From an uncultured Candidatus Woesearchaeota archaeon (lineage in GTDB: Archaea; Nanobdellota; Nanobdellia; Woesearchaeales; UBA525), in the NCBI GenBank assembly GCA_963724455.1, contig CAVRUV010000013.1, positions 1 through 62,431 of the forward strand: a DNA stretch of 62,431 nt. Reading direction: 5' to 3'. A model generated the notes under the pieces. That model searched no databases. It was not told the origin of the DNA and saw only the letters and a program-made list of their open reading frames with translations. Made by a program: the position numbers and the translations under genes. Numbering within the stretch: position 1 is the first letter of the stretch; every line of letters starts with the position of its first letter. Below, piece after piece: positions 55,864 through 62,431 of the stretch.

Positions 55864-56376
55864 TTACACATCTTTCGACTGCAGCAACATGCCATTCCAA
55901 CTATCACCAAATACAATAATGTGTCTTGCAGAAGATAATATACGAAGCGCTGCATCAAGCACTACGACTTGGGGAGCAATTCTTGGAATGTGCATCAATT
56001 CACTCATCAATTTACTACGCGCTAATGCATCGTTATGAGAAATGGCCAAAGCACACGCACCATTTGCAAACTGCACGCTACCATAAGGTACATTGTGTAT
56101 CACTGTTGTTATATCAGAAATAGATTCTATGTGGCTATTGCGATGCAGAAAATCTATAAGACCTCTAATCGCCTCACGATGAGTCTTATAATGCACAGAT
56201 TCAACATAGGGTTCATCGTCAGTAGTAATTTCAATAAATGCGCTTTTCCCGGCAGGATTTTTTCCAAGAGAAGATATATGTCCATGTGCTAGCACTAGCC
56301 CATCAATTTTATCGCGCAGCTGAAACTGCAAACGAGTAAGTTCTGCTTGAAAAAGTAATGTAACGATAACCCTCAC
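55864..56376 (-). CDS. Hypothetical protein
   Basis: 170-aa ORF, His-rich in places, with no recognised motif. Confidence 0.4.
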   Translation of the reverse strand: MRVIVTLLFQAELTRLQFQLRDKIDGLVLAHGHISSLGKNPAGKSAFIEITTDDEPYVESVHYKTHREAIRGLIDFLHRNSHIESISDITTVIHNVPYGSVQFANGACALAISHNDALARSKLMSELMHIPRIAPQVVVLDAALRILSSARHIIVFGDSWNGMLLQSKDV

Positions 56377-56399
56377 CTCTAATGATTAACTGATTGGAT

Positions 56400-56489
56400 A
56401 ATTGCAATTGATTGAATTGTAATTGATTAAATTGTAGTTGATTGAATTTTAGTTCATTGAATTGTAAATGACTGAATTTTATTTCAGTT
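56400..56489. repeat. Six tandem 15-bp repeats (AATTGTAATTGATTG consensus)
   Basis: aattgcaattgattg / aattgtaattgatta / aattgtagttgattg / aattttagttcattg / aattgtaaatgactg / aattttatttcagtt, read directly from the sequence. Confidence 0.75.
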
Positions 56490-56886
56490 CATTTTTTGGA
56501 TTATGATACTTGAATATCACAAGACATATACAAGTAATAATTATTATGAGTGGTAAGAAGAATCTTGAAAAACTTGGATCTATCGGCGCAGGAGATTCAC
56601 GTATGCTATCTTGATAGACCTCAAGCGTCTGGAATAGTGAGTACTCGCGAATCTTCTCACAATTGGTGTCATAATCGCAAACGCCGCTGTTCCAATGAGT
56701 AAGACAGCACACAGTTCCTTTTTCGCAAACTGGCGTTGCATCAGCCACATCGCATAGTTGTACGCAACCAAGTTTGCCGCAGGTATTGCTTTGTATTACT
56801 TTTCCCGTCAACATGTTATTTGGAAGAAAAAGCGTTACACCTACAAGCAATGCGATTATGCCAAGAATCATGTATGCCGATTTCAT
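56479..56886 (-). CDS. Secreted Cys-rich protein with C-terminal TM anchor
   Basis: Signal/anchor at the N-terminus, 9 Cys in about 60 aa, and C-terminal TM FFLPLIIIITCICLVIF. Confidence 0.45.
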   Translation of the reverse strand: MKSAYMILGIIALLVGVTLFLPNNMLTGKVIQSNTCGKLGCVQLCDVADATPVCEKGTVCCLTHWNSGVCDYDTNCEKIREYSLFQTLEVYQDSIRESPAPIDPSFSRFFLPLIIIITCICLVIFKYHNPKNELK

Positions 56887-56999
56887 ATATTCACAACAAA
56901 TAGTTTTTATGATTAAGTTATTATGTTCATTGATTATGTTTATTAGTTAGTTATTTTATTATTTTTTTGTTAGTTAATTATTGAGTATCTAGTTAACAA

Positions 57000-58259
57000 T
57001 TATTTATTTTTTACCGTCTTTGAGCCCTTACCAGTCTCGTCAGTTTTCTCGTCAGGTTTTCGAACATACAAGGACTCCTTTACAATCTCAAAACCAACAC
57101 GTAAATGATCTTCATCGACTGCTTGAGCCAGTTCTGAACGAGCAATTGCCTTTACAATACGAATAACTCCCACTACTGTACGAGGACCGACTTCCTGCAA
57201 AAACTTACGCTCGTCCACTTTTAATGCTTTGATAAATTCTACAATTTTTGCCTCATGTGTAGAATCAAACTTTACATCAATCTTATCTGCATAGGTAATG
57301 TACTGCTTGATGAAATCTATATCACCTGCGCCGAGTTTTATGCTCGCAGAACCGGTTTCAGTATGAGTCTGTACAATGTGCTTCGTTATCTGCTCAAACT
57401 CTTCGTCAGTTGCTTTTCTGACAATAAAAATTATGTGGAATCTTGATAGCAATGCATCGTCAAACGGTATTTGCTTTCTCAAACTCTCGACAGATTTTCC
57501 AATAAAGGTATCGCCTTGCGGATTTGCTGTTGCAAGAACACGCACTTTGGCAGACAGCTGCTCGTGCTTTCCACCCTTATCGTACGTAACAAATCCTTTT
57601 TCCATTGCATTATACAACGCAGCAGCATCCTTTGATTTCATCAAATTAAGTTCATCAATGCAAGCAATGCCGCCATCGGCCATCGGTAAGAGGCCTTTGA
57701 TGATAGTATCTCCTTTAGCCATAACTGATAATCCTGCACCGCTTGTTCCTGAACCAAGACCCATGCTACCAATCGGTGCAATTTTACTTGCTCCTCGCAA
57801 GATATCGGTCTTTCCCGTTCCAGGATCTCCAATAAGGAGAATATGCATTGGTTCTACTGCAAATAACTGCGCTGTTGCAGCGCGCTTTGCGCCGTCCATA
57901 CCAATAATGTTCGGTGCAATAAGAGATGATATTGAACTAAGAGCTTTTGGTGCGAATTCTAAAAACGCTTCTTCTTTTGCTTTAGAACAAATATCTTTAT
58001 TGATGCGGTCTAAGAATTTCTTAAGATCGTCGTCAGAAATATGCGTCTTGAAAAATACCCATTCCTTGTCTTCAAAAAAATCCTTTGTAGTTGCAAAACT
58101 TTGTGTTTGTGCAAAAGCTCTATCCAACTTCAGATAATACCGCAATTGCTTGATGTCTTGCTCATCCAAATATGGCGTTGCCTGTTTTATTGCTTGACGT
58201 TTTTCTCGTCCCATAGGCAAACTGAGCTTCACTAAATCCCACAATGTTTTTTTTGACAT
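57000..58259 (-). CDS. Mini-MCM: MCM-type AAA+ ATPase lacking the N-terminal OB/Zn domain
   Basis: 'IAPNIIGMDGAKRA', Walker A 'LLIGDPGTGKT', Walker B 'CIDELNLM', sensor 1 'RVLATANP', Arg finger 'LLSRFHIIF', and a C-terminal lid/wH-like region. Only about 105 aa precede the ATPase core. Confidence 0.7.
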   Translation of the reverse strand: MSKKTLWDLVKLSLPMGREKRQAIKQATPYLDEQDIKQLRYYLKLDRAFAQTQSFATTKDFFEDKEWVFFKTHISDDDLKKFLDRINKDICSKAKEEAFLEFAPKALSSISSLIAPNIIGMDGAKRAATAQLFAVEPMHILLIGDPGTGKTDILRGASKIAPIGSMGLGSGTSGAGLSVMAKGDTIIKGLLPMADGGIACIDELNLMKSKDAAALYNAMEKGFVTYDKGGKHEQLSAKVRVLATANPQGDTFIGKSVESLRKQIPFDDALLSRFHIIFIVRKATDEEFEQITKHIVQTHTETGSASIKLGAGDIDFIKQYITYADKIDVKFDSTHEAKIVEFIKALKVDERKFLQEVGPRTVVGVIRIVKAIARSELAQAVDEDHLRVGFEIVKESLYVRKPDEKTDETGKGSKTVKNK

Positions 58260-58280
58260 AATTGTACCACAAATTATTCT

Positions 58281-58333
58281 TTATTTTTATTGCATTCATC
58301 TTATTTTTTATCGTATTTATTTTTTATTGTATT
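58281..58333. repeat. Three imperfect 16-17-bp direct repeats (TTATTTTTTATYGTATT) upstream of mini-MCM
   Basis: TTATTTTTATTGCATT / TTATTTTTTATCGTATT / TTATTTTTTATTGTATT; additionally TTAATCAT occurs 3x at 58377-58414. Confidence 0.55.
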
Positions 58334-58409
58334 TGTTATTATATTTATTATCAACAATTAATTATTTATTGATACTTAATCATTATTTTTAGTTAATCAT
58401 AATACTTAA

Positions 58410-59774
58410 TCATAATTGTTGTTTTTGACTAATAAGCACGAGTATAAAATAAATCGGCATTACAATCGCTAAAAGACCTATTGCAGTTATGCCAAATAAT
58501 ACGGATAGCGGCCAGATATTTGCTATCCAGGCCATGATAGGAATCATGATGAGATAAGGAATCATAACAAAAACAGCTTGGACTTGGAAATAGTCTCTTC
58601 TTGTTTCATCATCCATAAGTTTTTTTGCAAGAAGGCCGTGCCCGAATCCGACAATGGCCGCACCTATTACATAAACGCACAAAGCTACAGTAATTGCGGG
58701 AATATTAGAGTTGAATATCAGAACTAACGGCAGTATTACCATAAGCATTGTACCAAATACCATCGTTGGCGTAAGGCCTATCGATCTATGTATCTTCTGA
58801 GTAAAAAATGGACCAATAAATGCTGCAATAATTGCAATTGCATAGATTCCAGCCAAAGTTAAGAACGGAGTTGTTGTTGTCTTTGCAACAATCTGATAGA
58901 TGGCAATGCCACTATACGCTGCAATTGCTAGCTGGAAAAGACCAGCTAAAAATGATGCAAGCAAAAGATAGCCCACGTATTTATTCTTCCACAAGCCTTT
59001 TGTCTTATAGAAGATTATACGCATATGCTCTCGTAAAAATTGTATAAATGGATAAGATTTCTGTTCGCGTTTATCTTTTGCAAAACTAGTAAGATAACCG
59101 GATATAATGAATACAAATGCAGTAATTTCAAAGATTGCAAGATAACCGTACATGTTCATACTAAATGTTTTGCCGAAAAACGAAAGCGTCCATGGTACCC
59201 CATTCATCGGCGGGAAGATGTCAAGAACAAGACCTGCAATGAGCAAAGCAAGAGCAGTTATGATAACACCCCACTGTGCAAGTGATTGGAATAACCAACC
59301 TGTTCGTTCTTTACGAACAGTATCTCGCACCAACTGATTATACAAGTCTCCATATGCTACAACTGCAAAAATTCCGACGACAAAAGATATTGCAAACAGT
59401 GTAATGCTGCGCAGCAATAAACCAAATGCCATAAACAAGAAACTAAAACCAAAAAGCACTCCTGCTGCAGCTATTGAGTTCTTGCTCACGCGATTAATTT
59501 TTGCGTACTCCTGCAGAATTTCACTCCAGATAACAGAAAATACGGTCTTTATTCCATTAAGCAAGCCAACAATGAACAAAACATAAGGGTTTGACTGGAA
59601 TGCTATCCAGAAGAGGATATTGATGAACTGCGGAGTCGCTGTACCATAACCGATACGATCGAAAAACTCCCTAAACCCGAATATGATAGTGCTACGTTTT
59701 TCTTCCGAAACCTTGCTTTTTGCATCTTGGATAGCTACATCTGCATCCTTTAACGACCTACCCTCTTCTACCAT
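58410..59774 (-). CDS. Polytopic membrane transporter-like protein (MFS-like)
   Basis: 454-aa ORF with about 12 hydrophobic segments in two halves. Confidence 0.4.
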   Translation of the reverse strand: MVEEGRSLKDADVAIQDAKSKVSEEKRSTIIFGFREFFDRIGYGTATPQFINILFWIAFQSNPYVLFIVGLLNGIKTVFSVIWSEILQEYAKINRVSKNSIAAAGVLFGFSFLFMAFGLLLRSITLFAISFVVGIFAVVAYGDLYNQLVRDTVRKERTGWLFQSLAQWGVIITALALLIAGLVLDIFPPMNGVPWTLSFFGKTFSMNMYGYLAIFEITAFVFIISGYLTSFAKDKREQKSYPFIQFLREHMRIIFYKTKGLWKNKYVGYLLLASFLAGLFQLAIAAYSGIAIYQIVAKTTTTPFLTLAGIYAIAIIAAFIGPFFTQKIHRSIGLTPTMVFGTMLMVILPLVLIFNSNIPAITVALCVYVIGAAIVGFGHGLLAKKLMDDETRRDYFQVQAVFVMIPYLIMIPIMAWIANIWPLSVLFGITAIGLLAIVMPIYFILVLISQKQQL

Positions 59775-59990
59775 ACCAAACCTCTCCCCTTGAAATTTAT
59801 AAATGTATCGTGGAGATATACAAGAGAGTTAGAAATAGAGCTAAAGAGAGAGAACTAAAAAGAAAGCTAGAAAAAAATTAGAGAGCTAGAAAGAAAGCTA
59901 GAAAAAAGTTGAAAAGAACTTTTCCGACAGAATATTTATAAACAAACTTGCTGAATAAAGAAAAAGAAGAAGATAAAGAAGAGGCGAGCA

Positions 59991-61247
59991 ATGGTCTTCG
60001 GCATAACAAAGCTTTTCAGCAAACATAATGGCAAGATTATAGAACGCTGGATATTCGATGCTCATTCTCCACTTATTTGCGGCGCAACAGTGGCGCGACT
60101 TTTCAACAATCAAGAGCACCAAGTGCTTTTTGGAACAAAAGACGGAAGAATAATTTGCGTCGATGAAACCGGTAAAGAACTATGGACCTTCATGGGTTTT
60201 GAAAAACTTGCCGGAGTAGATGCATTCTTCATCGACCAAGAGCGAGTGCATAGCGTTAATGCTCCGCCAGTTGTTGCTGATATAAACAATGATGGAAAAC
60301 AAGAGATCCTCTTCGGTAATGAACTCGGAATTCTTTATTGTCTTGATAGTAAAGGAAAACAGCTCTGGAAATTTGAGTGCAAAGGTGGCATCAAAAGCGG
60401 TTGTGTAGTTTCTGATATTAACAGTGATGGAATACCAGAAATTCTCGTCGGCAGTCTTAGCGGCAGTCTTTACGTCCTCAATTCGCAGGGTAAAAAAATA
60501 TTCGAATACGACACTAATGCTCCAATCGAGAGCATACCTGCCGTTCTAAAAAGCGACAAGACCATGATCATTTTCGGGAATAACAATGGAACATTGTTCT
60601 GCATAAATCCTGCTCAAGAGCTTTTATGGAGAGTTGAACTCGGCCACAAAATAACTGCTGCTCCAGTATTTTTCAAGGACCCAGAAGAGCACCGCCTTAT
60701 CGTAGGAAATATGGATGGTGATATTTTCTGCGTATCTGAACATGGAGAAATTGTCTGGAAGTACAAAACAAAGGGCAGCATCTATTCAAGTGCAGCAATT
60801 GCAGATTTAAATAATGACAAACAACCTGCAATTGTAGTTGGCAGCTGCGATAATAATGTTTATGCATTAACTGCTGCGGGCAAGAAAATATGGAGCTTTG
60901 AAACAGATTTCTGGATTACAGCATCTCCAATAATTGCAGATATTGATGGTGATGGAAAACTTGAAGTAATCGTCGGCAGCTTTGATCATAATGTCTACGT
61001 GCTTGATGCACAAGGATCATATATCCTGGATTACATGCCGGGCATTTCAGATATTATCAATCAATCTGGACACTATACAAACATCATGACATCGGATCCT
61101 GGCGAACAGATGGGAAAGAAATTATACCAATACACGACTTCAGGCATTATTGTTGGTTGCAGTCTGCTTGAGCGCGAAAACCAAAAACCAACACTCATCA
61201 TTAATGTCAATAGCGGCAAAGTCGGTGATTTCGAACATCAAGATTAG
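59991..61247 (+). CDS. FG-GAP/PQQ-like beta-propeller repeat protein
   Basis: Repeated 'D(I/L)N(N/S)DG..E(I/V)(L/V)(F/V)G' with 'G.(L/V)Y.(L/V)(D/N)..G' blades, at least 6 times. Confidence 0.65.
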   Translation: MVFGITKLFSKHNGKIIERWIFDAHSPLICGATVARLFNNQEHQVLFGTKDGRIICVDETGKELWTFMGFEKLAGVDAFFIDQERVHSVNAPPVVADINNDGKQEILFGNELGILYCLDSKGKQLWKFECKGGIKSGCVVSDINSDGIPEILVGSLSGSLYVLNSQGKKIFEYDTNAPIESIPAVLKSDKTMIIFGNNNGTLFCINPAQELLWRVELGHKITAAPVFFKDPEEHRLIVGNMDGDIFCVSEHGEIVWKYKTKGSIYSSAAIADLNNDKQPAIVVGSCDNNVYALTAAGKKIWSFETDFWITASPIIADIDGDGKLEVIVGSFDHNVYVLDAQGSYILDYMPGISDIINQSGHYTNIMTSDPGEQMGKKLYQYTTSGIIVGCSLLERENQKPTLIINVNSGKVGDFEHQD

Positions 61248-61305
61248 AATTCTAAAAGAATAATAAAATTAGAATGAAGAATAACATCTGTAGTAGTAAT
61301 AATAC

Positions 61306-61395
61306 GTGTTGCCTTGGAGTAAATTCTATTTTCGTCCGATTTATGCAGGACGAAAATAGTAAATCCTGACGGTGTCAGTAGAAACTCCGCAACAC
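61306..61395 (+). ncRNA. Structured repeat family, copy C
   Basis: GTGTTGC-CTT-GGAG ... CTCC-GCAACAC. Hairpin CTATTTTCGTCC / GGACGAAAATAG capped by GATTTATGCA. Third hairpin CTGAC-GGT-GTCAG. Confidence 0.6.
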
Positions 61396-61480
61396 CAGTG
61401 GGGAGGAGTAGAGGGGGATGGTGGGAGGGAAATTAATTAAAAAAATTATTTAAAAATTAAAATTAAAAAAAATATAAAAA

Positions 61481-62092
61481 TTACAAATCAACGCCGTGTT
61501 TGTGGTACTTCTGCACTTGCTCCCAATTGATCATGTGGAAGAATGCATCAGTAAAATCTGCGCGCTTGTTTTGATACTTCAAATAATACGCGTGCTCCCA
61601 GACATCGATGACTAATAATGGAATGAGTCCATCACTGAGCGGGCAATCTTGGTTCGCAGTCGATATGATTGAAAGCTTACCATGCTTATCCTTAACAAGC
61701 CATGCCCATCCTGAACCAAATCTTGCAAGTGCAGCTTTCTTGAACTGCTCTTTGAAGCCATCAATACTACCGAATGTATGGTTCATCTCTTCTAAAAATT
61801 TTCCTTGAGGCCCGTGTGAATTAAGTTTGAGTATCGACCAGAAGAACGTGTGGTTCCATACGCCGCCACCATGATTTCTGACGGCAGTTCTAATATCTTC
61901 AGGAACTTTTGATACATCAGATAACAACTGATTAAGTGGTTGGTTAAATAGTGCCGGATGCGCTTCAAGCGCTTTGTTCAGATTATCAACATACGCTTGA
62001 TGATGCTTGTCATGATGTATGTGCATTGTCTGCTCGTCCATATATGGCTCAAGCGCTTTGTAATCGTACGGTAATGGAGGTAATTGATGCAT
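61481..62092 (-). CDS. sod: Fe/Mn superoxide dismutase
   Basis: 'LPPLPYDYKALEPYMDEQTMHIHHDKHHQAYV' and 'DVWEHAYYL' carry the metal-ligand motifs. Confidence 0.9.
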   Translation of the reverse strand: MHQLPPLPYDYKALEPYMDEQTMHIHHDKHHQAYVDNLNKALEAHPALFNQPLNQLLSDVSKVPEDIRTAVRNHGGGVWNHTFFWSILKLNSHGPQGKFLEEMNHTFGSIDGFKEQFKKAALARFGSGWAWLVKDKHGKLSIISTANQDCPLSDGLIPLLVIDVWEHAYYLKYQNKRADFTDAFFHMINWEQVQKYHKHGVDL

Positions 62093-62129
62093 AAGTATTC
62101 ACCTTGATATATTCAATAATTATTAGTAA

Positions 62130-62217
62130 TGTCGCCTTGGAGCAAATTCCATTTTTGACCGATTCATGCAGGTCAAAAATGGTAAAACCTCACGGTGTGA
62201 GTGAAAGCTCCGCGACA
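62130..62217 (+). ncRNA. Structured repeat family, copy D
   Basis: TGTCGC-CTT-GGAGC ... GCTCC-GCGACA. Hairpin CCATTTTTGACC / GGTCAAAAATGG capped by GATTCATGCA. Third hairpin CTCAC-GGT-GTGAG. Confidence 0.6.
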
Positions 62218-62259
62218 CAACAGTATAATCGTTTAAACAGTTAAAAAGGTATTCCTGAA

Positions 62260-62431
62260 TTAACTTTTTCTATGTATGAAAATAATATCTTGATCTGTTC
62301 CTTTTGCAGTTCTTGCGACATCAAATAAGTCTCTAGGAATTTCAAAGCAAGGAGTTGGATCAATTGGTCCCGGTTGGTGAACAACAATATTCTTCTCATC
62401 AAAACCAACAATTGGCATGAAATGACCTAAA
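62260..62431 (-). CDS. C-terminal fragment of a hypothetical protein (possible C39/papain-like peptidase His region)
   Basis: Own translation: ..LGHFMPIVGFDEKNIVVHQPGPIDPTPCFEIPRDLFDVARTAKGTDQDIIFIHRKS*. 'GHF..I.G.D' resembles the catalytic His strand of C39-like peptidases. Confidence 0.3.
   Translation of the reverse strand, partial: LGHFMPIVGFDEKNIVVHQPGPIDPTPCFEIPRDLFDVARTAKGTDQDIIFIHRKS

Noticed and set aside
5404-62217. The repeat family as an ordinary MITE
   Set aside because: Not fully excluded, but the terminal stems differ in sequence between copies while remaining complementary. I saw no conserved terminal inverted repeat or obvious target-site duplication. That pattern argues for selection on structure rather than recent transposition.

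Overview
AT-rich archaeal chromosomal segment. Archaeal origin is inferred from aIF5A, ribosomal protein L40e, ABCE1, family-B DNA polymerase, an MCM-type ATPase, type-2 RNase H, GGTGA-type Shine-Dalgarno sites and TTTAAAAAT TATA boxes. The compact, DPANN-like gene set is my inference, not a database result. I can support about 60 protein genes: CysRS, ValRS, PolB, ABCE1, aIF5A, L40e, RNase HII, Mre11, Fe/Mn-SOD, a P-type ATPase, an S2P protease, a COG0523 GTPase, a SpoU methyltransferase, an E1-like ThiF protein, two MscS-type channels, an ABC/FtsX module, a hybrid histidine kinase and many hypotheticals. There are also two tRNAs, Gly-UCC and Thr-CGU. A seven-gene minus-strand glycogen island spans 21840-29981. 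The most unusual signal is non-coding. Ten copies of a GC-rich 85-147 nt element lie in intergenic DNA. Each folds as an outer stem with a conserved CUU bulge, a long hairpin capped by a near-invariant GAUUCAUGCA loop, and a short third hairpin. The stems differ in sequence between copies but stay complementary, so structure rather than sequence is conserved, and I recognise no known RNA family in it. Other points of interest are an unassigned ~194 nt multi-helix RNA candidate with its own TATA box, an RNase HII fused to an RNase HIII-type N-domain plus an AT-hook, a mini-MCM flanked by iteron-like repeats, and a paralogous unknown domain plus a Lys-rich/Cys-tailed microprotein inside the glycogen island. 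All homology calls come from motif recognition by eye; nothing was searched or computed.
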